A stretch of 63,570 bases of DNA, filler included, from Octopus bimaculoides (GCF_001194135.2; 6 parts of 6 records of this genome joined end to end with filler, not necessarily neighbours in it); one strand, 5' to 3'; numbered from the whole stretch's first letter, positions 12,778 to 25,848 are shown. Numbers and translations are program-made. The notes: generated by a model from the letters alone, not told the origin.

Positions 12778-12989
12778 CTCTCTGTCTATATATATATATA
12801 TATATACGACGGGCTTATTTCAGTTTCCGTCTACCAAATCCACTCATAAGGCTTTGGCCGGCCTGAAGCTACATTAGAAGACACTTGCCCAAGGTGCCAC
12901 ACAGTGCGACTGAACTCGGAACCATGTCGTTGGTAAGCAAGCTATTTACCACAGATCCACTCTTGCGCCACTCCCGCGCCACTCCTGGG
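12512..12989 (-). mobile_element. SINE family B, full length, with internal (CTGT)n/(TA)n and a triplicated 11-bp head
   Basis: Reverse complement of the 3392-3954 element. Confidence 0.92.
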
Positions 12990-13189
12990 TAGTTATTTTA
13001 AATAGAAAATCACAAGTTGCCAATGAATGAGTCTCTCTTTCTCTATAGCGTCGATGCCGTCCAAGACAAGAACAATGGTCTATACAGTTTGGTACCAGTG
13101 TCGTCGCAGGTGTTATGATCAGAGTGCAAAAGGAGGAAACAGATACAAGGCATCTCGTCTTACGCTCTAACAGTTACGTTTATTCATCA

Positions 13190-13320
13190 TTTGTACTAGT
13201 GCTTTATCTATGTGTACCTGAAAGAATGACGGGCAAATTCGACCTTGGTGAGATTTGATCTCAAAGCACCAAGATCTAGAAGAAATACAAGACATTCTGT
13301 CCAACGCATTAACGGCCTTA
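13190..13320 (-). mobile_element. Degraded SINE family A fragment
   Basis: gaaagaatgacgggcaaattcgaccttggtgagatttgatctca resembles the reverse complement of the family A middle. Confidence 0.6.
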
Positions 13321-14435
13321 CTATATATCTTGGACTATATTATCAAGATTTTTCTCTCTTTGCAAGAGAGTAAAATGTAATTTTAGGGAGATTTGATTGA
13401 TATTTCTAACAAGCTGTACACTATCAGCCGAATCTTTACCTCATCATTCTGTCTAGAGGTGAGCATTCTTGGAACTATTCCTCGGCAAATATTTCACTAT
13501 TTACCAAAACCCACGAAGCATAGAAACTAAACAAGCCAACGAGGGAACCTCTTCGTAGTCGCACTTCGTGCTAGAAATAGCAGAAAAAATCTCACTGTCA
13601 AATCATCCTGATGTCTTATATAAGAACTGGTAACATTAGATAATCTGTATCTACTCACATCTAAGAAGACAGGATAGTCGGGGCAGGAATAACTTTGATC
13701 ACAAGTCTGCTCGATCAAGGTTGAACTGCAGCTCGACAACCACGAACACATAACTTTAAAGACTAAACATTTAACCTAAGCCAGTTATCTCTATCATTCA
13801 ATCTTGGAACTATTTTAAAGACTTTGGGCAATATATCGTCTGAAAACAACAACAACAAAAATCAATCTCAGTATAATTGTTTGTCAGATTTTGTTTACTT
13901 AGCTAACTATTCATTCTAAAATATTCAGACTTATTCGTCAATACATCCAATCAGACAGTAACGAACATATTCGTAAATATATAAAAGACGGAACGATTAG
14001 CTATTTATCTTCTTAACAATACAAAATACATTTCAACACAATTCCAGCAAAATTTTGTCTGAATTTCCGTGATAGATAATTGTTATTATTTTACACTGAT
14101 ATATTGAGACTAGTGATATCCTCTTAGTCGTTATCGTCTCAATATCAGCCGCTGCATTTCACGACCATCTTCAGGTGCTTGAAGTACATTGCTTTCATTC
14201 TGTTTTTCATATCAGGAATATTCTTCTCTTAATTAGGTTCGAACTTGTGATAGTAATTTCCCGTGTCAAATGTATATTTATATTTCGCTGAGGCATAGTG
14301 ATACTGGTGTTAGAACTCAATACACATATGCTCCAGAAAACATCGTTAGACGGGCGCAGAAGGTAGTAAGAAATTAAATAAATGGCAAGGGAATAAGAAA
14401 TTATGTAGCTGTCTCTGCTATATGTGATGCACTCA

Positions 14436-14652
14436 AGGCGGCGAGCTGGCAGAAACGTCAGCACGCCGGGCGAAATGCTTAGCGGTATTTCGTCTGTCTT
14501 TATGTTCTGAGTTCAAATTCCGCCGAGGTCGACTTTGCCTTTCATCTTCTCGGGGTCGATAAATTAAACACCAGTTGCGCACTGGAGTCGATCTAATCGA
14601 CTTCCCCCCCACTCCCCCAAAATTTCGGTTCTTGTGCCTAGAGTAGAAAAGA
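14436..14652 (+). mobile_element. SINE family A, full length, 16-bp TSD with 1 mismatch
   Basis: atatgtgatgcactca (14420-14435) and atatgtaatgcactca (14653-14668). Confidence 0.95.
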
Positions 14653-15098
14653 ATATGTAATGCACTCATACCTTAGTGCTTCTATATCACCTTATAGCTT
14701 CGTAAGCTCGGACGAAGATTATAAGGTGATAAACAAGTATTCAGCTATGAGTGCTTAGGGTCNNNNNNNNNNNNNNNNNNNNNNNNNNNNNNNNNNNNNN
14801 NNNNNNNNNNNNNNNNNNNNNNNNNNNNNNNNNNNNNNNNNNNNNNNNNNNNNNNNNNNNNNNNNNNNNNNNNNNNNNNNNNNNNNNNNNNNNNNNNNNN
14901 NNNNNNNNNNNNNNNNNNNNNNNNNNNNNNNNNNNNNNNNNNNNNNNNNNNNNNNNNNNNNNNNNNNNNNNNNNNNNNNNNNNNNNNNNNNNNNNNNNNN
15001 NNNNNNNNNNNNNNNNNNNNNNNNNNNNNNNNNNNNNNNNNNNNNNNNNNNNNNNNNNNNNNNNNNNNNNNNNNNNNNNNNNNNNNNNNNNNNNNNNN

Positions 15099-15132
<34 letters not shown>

Positions 15133-15960
15133 CAGCGTACGTACACCTTTGTGCTCACCGTATAGAAGGTATGTATCTAAATTTTGTATGACTCTTACTC
15201 TATCTTTTATTCCCCCTATCAATTTCCTTCCTTTTTCTTGCACCCCCTCTCTCACATTTCTTGACCTTCTCTTTCTTTAAATCCCACTATTTCCCACTCG
15301 CTTATCTCCCCTGTACCTTTCTCTTTGTCTCTGATTTTTTTCTAATCATTCAACCCCGCTGCCCCCTACTCATCTCTCCTCCTTCTACGTGACCAGTGTT
15401 CGGGCAGCCATGATCTTTCTTTCTTGGCCAGACTGCCGACCGTCAATAACTCTTGTGTCTATCTCCTATGTTCCTGCCTTTAGACTTTCACTTCATACAC
15501 ACCAGCTCAATTTGATTCGATCTCACTCGAAAGACGTCTGTTGTTATTTCTTATTGTTTGTATTCGTAATTGTGTACCATGTTCTCCGTTTTTTTTTTGT
15601 TTGTTTGTTTGTTTTGTCTTTGTTACTGTACACATTCGCTAGTTTTCTTACAAACAGGTCTAATGCTCTTAGCTTAGACTTTTTTTGGGGCAACCAGATC
15701 AAACCATCTCAAATGTAACTGCCTGAAATGGTCGTGACTTCTGGGACTTGACTGATGAAACAAAGCCAAGAATGACCCGTCGTTTTTTGCCTGTCCTTCC
15801 AATTCTTGTTTCTCTTGTCTGCCTTTGTATCGTCTATCTGTCCGAACGTTTTAATGCCCTCTATTGCGTGTTTTATTCCATTGATATATATATATATACA
15901 TACATACACACACACACATACACACACACACACACACATGAACATATAATATGTACGTAT

Positions 15961-16050
15961 TCTGTTAGTTGTTTCAGTCATAGGACTATAGTCAGGCTAG
16001 AACTTTTTCTCGAAGGGTTTAGTCGAACAAATCGATTCCAGTACTTATTC
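15961..16050 (-). mobile_element. SINE family B 3' fragment
   Basis: ttgtttcagtcat...gtcgaacaaatcgattccagtacttattc. Confidence 0.7.
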
Positions 16051-16147
16051 CTTTGTGTGTTTGTGCATACATACGCGCATGCATGCATACATAATAATAC
16101 ATACATACAAATACCAGTACAAAGAATACTGGTGGAACATTTCCATC

Positions 16148-16550
16148 AAAAGTTTAGGCCTTGTGCCTGGCGAGCTGACTGAATCGTTAGCACGTCGGGC
16201 AAAATACTTAGCAGCATTTCACCCGTCTTCACGTTCTGAGTTCAAATTCCGCCGAGGTCGACTTTGCCTTTCATCCCTTCGAGGGGTGTAATCGACTTAC
16301 CCTCTCCCTTGAAATTTCTGGCCTTGTGCCAAAATTTGATATCATTATTAAGGCGGCGAGCTGGCATCGGACAAAATACTTAGCGTTTCTTCCAACACTT
16401 TACTTTCTAAGTTCAGATACTGCCGAGACCACCTTTGCCTTTCGTCTGTTTGTGGTCGATCAAATAAATAGCAATGAAGTACTATGATCGATGTAATCGT
16501 CTAACAGCCTCTCTTAAAATTGCGGACCTTGTGCCAACATTTGAAACATC
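16148..16550 (+). mobile_element. Head-to-tail stack of family A SINEs (3' stub, copy at about 16169-16349, copy at 16350-16550)
   Basis: Repeated ggcgagctg heads and ccttgtgccaaaatttga tails. Confidence 0.9.
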
Positions 16551-17303
16551 TTTATTACTGATATTAAATAACATGTTCAGAAAAATCAGACATGTGAACG
16601 TTCCAGAAAATACCAATGCAAAAACGTATGAATATTGTAAGTGCATTCTTACATAATATTTGTTAACCATAAGCACTTTTATGCATTTCTACCAAGATGT
16701 ACCAAATTCTTGTTTTAAGACAGTAAAATCTTGATGTAGTGCTCAAATCACAGATGCTGCTGCTGCTGTTGCTACTGCTGCTGCTGCTGCTGATAGTGAT
16801 GATGTCGATCACAAATGCAATGATAATAATAATAGAAATAATAATAATGACGATGATAATAATGATATAGATTCTAAGAGTAATATTTCTCATCATTATA
16901 CAGTATTTGCAAGGGAATATATACCGAAAATGATTGTATTGTTCTTGAAACAGCTGCTTCATATTCCAATGTTGGCAATTTGGGAGTAATTATCAGACAC
17001 TTTTTGCATTTGCCATGCAACAACATCAGATTCTAGAAGTTGTTTCTGAACTTTGAATCTTCTCTGTAATACAGATAATCATATATAAGTATGATTTCCC
17101 TTCTCTTCAAATCTTCCATTATTCTTCTTTGAATCGCTCTCTCTTTCTCTTTTTTAATTTTCTCTCTTTCTCTCTCTCCCTCCTCCTACATTTCTCCGTT
17201 ATATAAACGTTTGTGTTGTATATTCTGATCGTTATTTAACAAAGGACACATATACATACATAATAAACGCACACATAAAGATACATACATGTGTGTGTGA
17301 ACA

Positions 17304-17337
<34 letters not shown>

Positions 17338-17347
17338 NNNNNNNNNN

Positions 17348-17386
<39 letters not shown>

Positions 17387-17849
17387 GCACACATCCTTTC
17401 GTACATACATGCATATATATATATTAATTGCTGGTGCATACCAGTTGCCAACACAAAAAAAGGTAGGACACAGTATTAACTTTAAAAAATTAATATACTT
17501 GCTATTATATGATGTTTGCTAAACGAAATACCTTGTCCCTACCAGCAATTAATATTTCTTTATATGTATTTATTTGGTTTCAAAATTATTGTCTTTTTGT
17601 ATTTTTCAATAAGCAAATTTTCTTTAAACACAATGTCACCTAGCAGACAGTTAATACAAGGGAGATAACCATTTGTTCATAACATTTGTCGGGATTTGAA
17701 GTCTGAATTGAAATTAAGTAATATAGAAAAGCATGTATAAGATATACATATCTAATTTTTTGTTGTTGCTAACATATTACGAATTACTTAAAATTTCTAG
17801 TCAATGTCAATCATGTATAGTACTATGTCATTCTTTATTGGTCTGCGTT

Positions 17850-18760
17850 TGACCCGTGTTTTTTTATGTTCGAAATAAGAACAGAGTAGGAACATTAGAA
17901 ATTTCAGCCATAAACCTAAATGTTCACTTAGTGATATCGGTCATGTATTAGGATTTTGTATTCGTTAAATACTTAAATACTGAATATATACCTGAGGGTT
18001 AGTTTCGACTGGCTTATGTAATCTTTGTCACAATCATTATGTTTAATAGCATACATAATTTTTTTTTGAGAATAAGAGAAGATATTTTTACTGTGAAAAT
18101 ATTTATATCCTAATTTAAATCCATAAAGTCTCTTCTATAAGGTTTTGCAGTTATGGTCACCACATTTATTGACTATCGGTGTTGTGCTTTTAGTGAATAA
18201 TCTGACGCTGGTAAATAATTCTTTTTAGGGATTATTGGTTGCCATTTGCTTTTGATCATTTCATGTATTTCGAGTTTCTTAAAATTCGTACGTCTTGCTT
18301 CAATAAGGGAATATTTTGATGGATAATGTGTTTCTGTATTTATTGGGTTGAGCGCTGTTATGTAAAATATGATATTTGGTGGATTTAAATTTGTTTTTTG
18401 CACTTATTTTGTAGTCTTATATTCCGAGTTTCAACATTCAAAACGAATCTGCACATTCTTCGCGCTCGGTTAACCGATGTGCTTATGTTGGTATGTTCTG
18501 GGTGACAAGAAGAAAATTGTAGGTATCTTTTTAGAAGCTGTTGGCTTGAGATGTCATTTTCAATATTTGTGCCTTTATAACGAACAAGAGAAACGTACCC
18601 AATATTCGGTTGATGTTTTCTACTGTTAATTTAAGTTTCATGAATACCCGTTCCATCAATCAGACGTTTGACTGACGGGGCGTAAACATTAAAGATGATT
18701 TAGAATTCTAAACATCCTGCACGAGGATCTCTCCACTCCATTCCACAGCTGTGTGGATAT
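17850..18760 (-). pseudogene. Penelope-like element remnant: RT C-terminus plus GIY-YIG endonuclease
   Basis: Minus-strand KPTASKRYLQFSSCHPEHT...RARRMCRFV resembles YRKPT..QYL.F.SCHP.H...ARRIC; further 3' IMYAIKHNDCDKDYISQS resembles the GIY-YIG motif IY.I.C..C...YIGQT. Frameshifted. Confidence 0.7.
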
Positions 18761-18853
18761 ATCAATAATAAATTACCACGTTTACAAAGGCAAATAGCTC
18801 GAGGTCTATACAATCGCTAATGAAAGTTTCTTTGCAATATTTCAATAGTACTT

Positions 18854-19035
18854 AAGGCGGCGAACTGGTGGAATTAACACTGGAAAAGTATGTAGCGGCG
18901 TTAAAATTCCACTTCGTCTTTCATTGTTTCAGGGTTGATAAAACAGATACCAGTCGAGCACTGGGGTCTATATAAACGAAATACCCCCCCACCTCCGAAT
19001 TTGCTAGCCTTTTGCCAAAATTTAAAGCCAATATT
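18854..19035 (+). mobile_element. Degraded SINE family A
   Basis: aaggcggcgaactgg head and ccttttgccaaaatttaaa tail. Confidence 0.8.
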
Positions 19036-19053
19036 ACAATATTATTTTCAATG

Positions 19054-19283
19054 AAAAGGTGACGAGCTGGCAGAATCGTTAGCACGCCGAGGCGAAATGC
19101 TTAGCATTTCTGCTGCTATGTTCTAAGTTCAAGTTCCGCCGATGTCGACTTTGCCTTTCATCCATTTGGAGTCGATTAAATGAGTACCAGTTACGCACTG
19201 GGGTCGATGTAATCGACTTAATCCTTTTGTCTGTCCTTGTTTGTTCCCTCTACGTTTAGCCCCCTGTGAGCAATAAAGAAATA
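19054..19283 (+). mobile_element. SINE family A subfamily with alternative 3' tail; perfect 16-bp TSD
   Basis: aatattattttcaatg at 19038-19053 and 19284-19299; tail ends tttagccccctgtgagcaataaagaaata. Confidence 0.93.
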
Positions 19284-19494
19284 AATATTATTTTCAATGT
19301 ATTTTTCTTTCTCGTATTCACGGTCTCATCTATCTATCTATCTATCTATCTATCTGACTCTGTTTCTACACATGTGTATGCATACATACATATAAGTATA
19401 TCTATATATAATGCGCGTGAGTATGTGTATATATGAGTGTGCATCTATACAAACATGGGAAAAGACAGAATGAAGCAGGGTGAGTGTTATTAAT

Positions 19495-19534
<40 letters not shown>

Positions 19535-19804
19535 TGCGTGAAAAAAGATTTTAAGAGATGTGAAACGTTATTAATATTTGTCTAAGATTATATCAAATAC
19601 AGAGAATATATGAAGTTTGAAAAATAACTTTTGGAACTGACGTAGTAACAGAGAAAATGTTAGGAATATCTGAAAATTATTTCAAAATTGTCAACATAGG
19701 AATATGAAGCAGCTGTTTCAAGAACAGAGTCAATTATATTCAGAAGATATTCCTTTCTATGTACAATGTAATGACAATGAAAAATATAACTTTTAAGATC
19801 TATG

Positions 19805-21070
19805 TTATTATTATTATTGTTGTTGTTCACCATTGCTCAGTGTTGATATAGAATATTGTTTTTTTGTTGTTCTTTTTTTCATGCTCAACAAAAAGTATCT
19901 CTTTAAAAATACGTGCAATTCCAAGGTGGGTGGATGTGGTATGATAATATATATTTTTTTTGTGATTGGACCCAATGCTTCAATGACAACCGGAACTACT
20001 TTCACTTCTGTTTCTGGGTATTCCTACATTCATGATATCTCTATTTTTAAATCAACATACTTAGAAATTATTTCTGCTTTGTTGTCGGCAATGTTTTTTG
20101 TCTGAAGGTATTGCAACGTCTCTTATGAGGCATCCTCGTTTTTTTATATCATATATAAGTCATATATATATATATAAGTCATATATATAAGTCATATATA
20201 TATAATGACTTCACTGATGTTCATTTTTTTCTCCTATCTGGATGTCAAAATATCAAAGAATTGTCTAGTTTACCAGATTCACTTAAAGCCGTTTCTGGTA
20301 CATAATTGTACAACTTGTCTGAAGTGTTGTATTCATATTTCTTTTTACAAATCGTGCAAATTGTGACAAACCTTATTTTGATACAGCTTGTATTTTTCTG
20401 AGCTAATGTTTGCAACTACTAAAAAATCCACCAAAAACCTTCAGTTTCTCACTTTAAATCTCCGTTCAAAAGCTACTCCCACGACAAGTCGTGGCTTTTA
20501 TAGTCTCTATGTCTTTGGGAAACTGTCACTGTAATTACATTTCTTGTAGAGCTTTATTTATTTTACAAATTATCCTACCTATGGTACACTTTATGCAGTC
20601 CAAGCTCCACACGTGTTCTTTTTCACTCTTTGCAAGGAAATGGTTTATTGACCTTCGTTCTTCCTTCATACAATTAGAAATGAAAAAAAAGTCTTTTCAT
20701 TCCAATTTTCCGTTTCATGTATAAACGAATGACATTTGCCTGTGGATGAACCACTCCATGCGCAATTAAGGGCTGTCCTATTTTTCCATCTAATGTGTCT
20801 ATTTCATTTTTATCCTCTTCCCTAATTTTAGCACTGTAAAACACGACGGTAAGTGCCCATGCGTTGATCACATCAGATTCCTTAAATTAATTTTGAACTT
20901 CAATACAACTTTTAATCTCTCTAAATACACTACAACAACTGACAATGTTTTCGAGAAAAAATGCGTTAGCAACTTCCACAACTGACTGAGACAGGTGATT
21001 GATCGATAGTTTCCGACTGCTTTTCCGTTCTTGAGGTCTTTCATTATTATATTTGTTTTTACCTCAATCC
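19805..21070 (-). pseudogene. R4/Dong-type (RLE) non-LTR retrotransposon remnant with (AAT)n tail and RT core deleted
   Basis: Minus-strand peptides GNYRSITCLSQLWKLLT, HGVVHPQANVIRLYMKRK, DVAIPSD and KVVPVVIEALG; ttattattatt tail at about 19805-19820. Confidence 0.8.
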
Positions 21071-21254
21071 ACTTATGTTACAAATACTTTTCGCTTATTA
21101 AAATCTCCTTTCCTAAAACAAGAATTTACTCCAACTTGTAACAAAGAGATAAATGTATTGAAAGTTTACAAAATGCACTAAGTTAACGAAAATGCATGGT
21201 TTATTTTATCAAAATGTTTTTACGCGAGAAAATATTGTATGAGATTGTTCTAAA

Positions 21255-21385
21255 ATGTTTACGGATTCTCGTATTTCTGAACTAGTCTTGTGGAACCCAC
21301 TTGATGGTGATGTAAGAAGAGGAAAACATCGTCAAGCTTACATCGACAACTTGATTGCAGACTCTGGCCTGGAATGTATCCTACC
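21255..21385 (+). pseudogene. Short RTE-like LINE ORF C-terminal fragment
   Basis: ELVLWNPLDGDVRRGKHRQAYIDNLIADSGL resembles the LVLWEP..G.R.RGRP..TYID.L..DTG motif. Confidence 0.55.
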
Positions 21386-22408
21386 AGACAGTAGGAAAGA
21401 CAAACAACAACATAAGAAATACAACTCAAACCAAAGAAGAACCTAAAGAAAAAATAATAATAGCGCTAACAATAAGGAAGGGACAACTAGTTCCAGCGAT
21501 TTAAGTGATTTAAATGAGGAAGATCAGAAGATTTTAGATGAGTTGCAGGAAGAAATGAGTAAAGAAGTAAGGAAAAAGTTGCCAGCATTGAAAGATACCA
21601 ACAGAACGAAGCTGCTAGATATGACTAGGAAAGTAGATTCTATTATCAGTAGGATAGATACTAGATACTAAAGATATAGGTGACACTAACTTATTGATCT
21701 TTGCAGGAGGGGTGGTAGTTACTAGAAAATTAGATATTCCACAAGGAAATATTAAAAAAGAGCAAATGTAGAAAAGTGAAGACTTTAAGACAAAATCTGA
21801 GTAGAATAGAAGCCTGGAAACTGAACAAGTTAGGACACACAAGATGCAAATCTTCCCCCGAGAAAAGATAGTTAGTCAAAGCGAAATGATTTAGGACAGT
21901 CATGGAAGAGTTGCAATAGCGTATCGTAGCAGAAGCAGGCAAGCTCTCCAGATATCAGAAAAGAATAGACCAGTATCAACCGAATAGATTATTTGAGACA
22001 GACCAGAGGGGATTTTATAACCAAATAAATAGTGAAGAAAGGAGTACTGAAGATGAGAAACTTAATGCAGAAGAAACTAGAAATTTTGGAGTAATATTTG
22101 GAATAAATTAGTCAATCATAATGGAGATGCAGTATGGATAAAGAAAGTGCGGGAAGAAGTAGTGAGTGAGAAGCAGGCAGATCTAAGACTGACTGTTGCA
22201 TTAATGAGTAAAGTGTAGGAAAAATGTCAAATTGGAAGGACCCAGGATCAAATTTAGTTCAAGTGTACTGGCTAAAGAAATTTATTAGTTTACATGGGCG
22301 GCTAAGGGAACAACACCAGGATTGCCTTAATGGAGGAATAATACCAGATTGGATAACTAGAGGGAGAACAATATTCCATATGAAAGAAAAAAGCAAGGGT
22401 AATACAGT
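21386..22408 (+). pseudogene. R4/Dong-type retrotransposon remnant (N-terminal region to start of RT)
   Basis: DTNLLIFAGGVVVTRKL and YWLKKFISLHGRL...IIPDWITRGRTIFHMKEKSKGN; frameshifts and stops. Confidence 0.8.
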
Positions 22409-23269
22409 GTTGGTAGGAAATAACATCAGTATACACTGCGACAAAGCAATGTGACTAGAATTCGCCGATGCTAAAGACGAGTGGTAGATGGAGAATATTG
22501 GAAACCTCAACATACAGTGGTCTATCATATAAGATGCTGTGGTGGCCTGCATGTCCAGAAATTGTTTGGATACTGTGAACGCCTTTTGAGAGGAACATAG
22601 TTATAGTCGTTTTAATAAGAAAGAAATTGACAGGCTTCTAGACTGTCCCCTCTACTAAACTTAAAGTTTACTCATAAGTATTTAGTGAACCAGAAGCTAT
22701 GGAAGAAAACACACGACTAAGTTGCTGCTCTGTGAAATCGAACTCGAATCTAAAATTCGAAATTGCGAAATTCCTTAGATACACAGCCATTCCTGACACA
22801 TGTATTTAAAGGGAAGACAGAGTTATGAAAATATAAATCTCATACGTTTCAAAAAAACATTTATATGTTAATTGAATTGGATTGGCTGCAATCAGAAATC
22901 GAAACCCATATCAAACTCATTTCTCAAAGTGCTTATAATTTTCTCTTTGGCACTTGTTATATGTCAGATAATTTTTTAATTGATTTTTGGAATGGGTGGA
23001 GTAGGGGAGAGGTTATAGATGAATATCTTAGTTGCCAGGAAGCAATGAATGTTCTTATAATAATTTCATCATGATTTCCCATTATTTCGTGATTTGATGT
23101 CATTCTAGGAAGCATATTATTTGAAGAAGAAGAAATGATATACTTAAGACGAAATGTTAATTTTAGGAATGTTAAATTCATTTGGCTTCAAGTTTGTCTT
23201 CCAGTATATCACGTTTTTCAAGGTTAACAAGAAAATTGGCTCCAAGGCTCCAGATTATGACTTTAGGAA

Positions 23270-23778
23270 AATTATACATATGTGTGTGTGTATGCATATA
23301 TATGTGTATGTATACATATATATGTATGTATGTAAACATATATATATATGTATGTATACATATATATATATGTATGTATGTTTGTATGTATGTATGTATC
23401 TATGAATCTATCTATCCATCTATCTATATGATAATAATGCACATATGCAAATTCCTACATTTTACTCCCTACAACGTTGTATACATACATACATACATAC
23501 ATACATACATACATACATACATACATACATACATACATGCCTGCATGCATACATACACACACGTACACACGTACACACATATATATATGTATCTTACCTA
23601 CAAATTTTAATATAGATACTTTAGATCTAAAACTTAGATAAGCATGCACACGCGTATATTTGTATATATACACATGCATGGTTTACACACACACACTCTC
23701 ACACACACATACAAGCACACACATTCAAATACATAAATATAGAGATACATAAACTGACACATATACTCACACACTCAC

Positions 23779-23815
<37 letters not shown>

Positions 23816-23840
23816 AACATGCACTGATACACACGCACGA
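23270..23840. repeat. Compound (TG)/(TA)/(TATG)/(TACA)/(CA) microsatellites
   Basis: Visible. Confidence 0.9.
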
Positions 23841-25029
23841 ACACACACATGCATACCCATACTCATTTGCACATTAAGATTTTATTTCGTCGAATCTAGA
23901 ACGATGAAAGAAAGGTGAAGTCTAGCCAGGAGGAATTTGGACTCAGAACGTAACAGTATGTTAAAGAATATTGATTTTTAAAATAGTTGCAACGCTTGAA
24001 TTTGTTTTGGTGTGTACGTGTGTGGGGTTGTAGAGTAGATTATTTGACTTAAGTATATAACTGGTACATATTTCGTCGATATCGTTAGGCTAAAGGCAAA
24101 ACCCAACGAAGGCTGTGTTTCATCTGTGTTTTAATGATTTAACGTACACTTCTCCACACTTGTATGGGTCAGACGGAATTTGCTGAGTCAGGCAGTTTTG
24201 AATTCAGAGTGAAAAGATACACAAAAACTAGAAGAGCAAGAACCCAAACTATCCTTTCACGAGAATACAGTTGTACATAGAAGGAGTATGTACACTTTCC
24301 AAAAACGTTTCGCCTGGATGTGCTAGGGAAGTCATTTCTTGTTCGAGACAAACCATATGGGCATGGTAGGACTTCTTTCTCACGTATTCTTTCAGATTTT
24401 CAAGAGTATTAATTAGTGAAATTATATTGAAGAGATGCGTACGATAAGACGGATTTGGTTGTCAGTCGACGAATATCTGATACTGTAGTTTTCCGTTCAT
24501 AAGGAAATGATATAATGTGCTGCACGGTAAATGACTGACAACAAGTCTTTTCCTCTCGCGGTTAACATCCTGATCTATTTCCACAAGCATTAGTTGACTT
24601 GGAAGACGACAGTGAAGAATCTGGTGCTGTCCTCAAGTAAGCTCTCTCAAAGGTAGGTGTGAGTAGCGAAATGGTTGAGTGAATGCTACGAATGTATTCG
24701 CTCTGAGTATGCATCTGAAGATTGTGGACAGAATTTGTTAGTTGGGGCAATCCGGGATTTGCTTAGGGTTAGTATGGTAAACGCAACTGTGAGGACCGAA
24801 ATCAACGCGTTTACCTTCTGACCAACCCACCTCTTCTATGCCTTTTCATGTAGATGAGACTACTGTGCAGATTACGAAACACTTCATTCTTCAATAATGT
24901 TTCCTAAACGGACATCAGCCACACGTAATCTACCGCAGTAATTTCCTTTCTCATGGAGGCTAACGTAGGAGGAAAAACTAATTACATCTTCACAATCACT
25001 TAACAACATCATTATCATTACGATCACCA

Positions 25030-25600
25030 TTACCGCTAGCTGATCTACCACAACCATCACTAGCACAGCCACCCCGTCACCGTCGTCATCACTTCCATTG
25101 TCGTCGTGGAGACCGTCATCATTATCGCTAACAGCACTACCACTACCATCATCACTGCTACCACTTCTCCATCGTCATTATCAACACCGTCGTTGAGGTC
25201 GTCATCATCATAATCATCAGCATTATTATCATTAACGCCAACAGCATGGCCATTATCATCGTCGCCACCACCNNNNNNNNNNCCACCACTACCACCACCA
25301 CCACTACCACCACCACTACCACCACCACCACCACCACAACCACCACCACCACCACCACTGTCTCCATTATTGTCACTGTCACCATGACCACCATCATCCA
25401 TATCATTCTCATTATAAACATCATCATCACTACCACCGTCTTCACAACTATCACCACCATAAAACCACCACCAACGCTGCCAACCCCACCAACATCACCA
25501 TTATCCTTGTCATTATCATCTGTATCATGATGACGATCACCACCACCACTACCGCCGCCACCGCCAGCACCAGCACCACCACCACTACCACCACAGCTAT
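25030..25600. repeat. Degenerate (ACC)n/(ATC)n trinucleotide field
   Basis: Visible; explains the poly-T/V/G ORFs. Confidence 0.92.
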
Positions 25601-25741
25601 GACGATAATGCTCGTTTCAGAACATTTGAGTGGATACGCCACTGACTTTTAGTTAGAAAAGAAATATAAAAAAAATAATAAAACCCCGCCTAAACCTAGT
25701 CATATCAGTTAGTCAGTGAGACAAGCAATCAATACAACAGC

Positions 25742-25748
25742 AGAGAGA

Positions 25749-25790
<42 letters not shown>

Positions 25791-25800
25791 NNNNNNNNNN

Positions 25801-25844
<44 letters not shown>
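25742..25844. repeat. (GA)n microsatellite
   Basis: Visible. Confidence 0.95.

Positions 25845-25848
<4 letters not shown>

Noticed and set aside
13440-13750. Possible L1/Tx1 C-terminal remnant (PDYPVFLD...DDLTVRFF)
   Set aside because: Resemblance is too vague without a search.
24560-24640. Plus-strand HPDLFPQALVDLEDDSEESGAVLK followed by GTAAG
   Set aside because: No convincing acceptor upstream and no recognisable homology.
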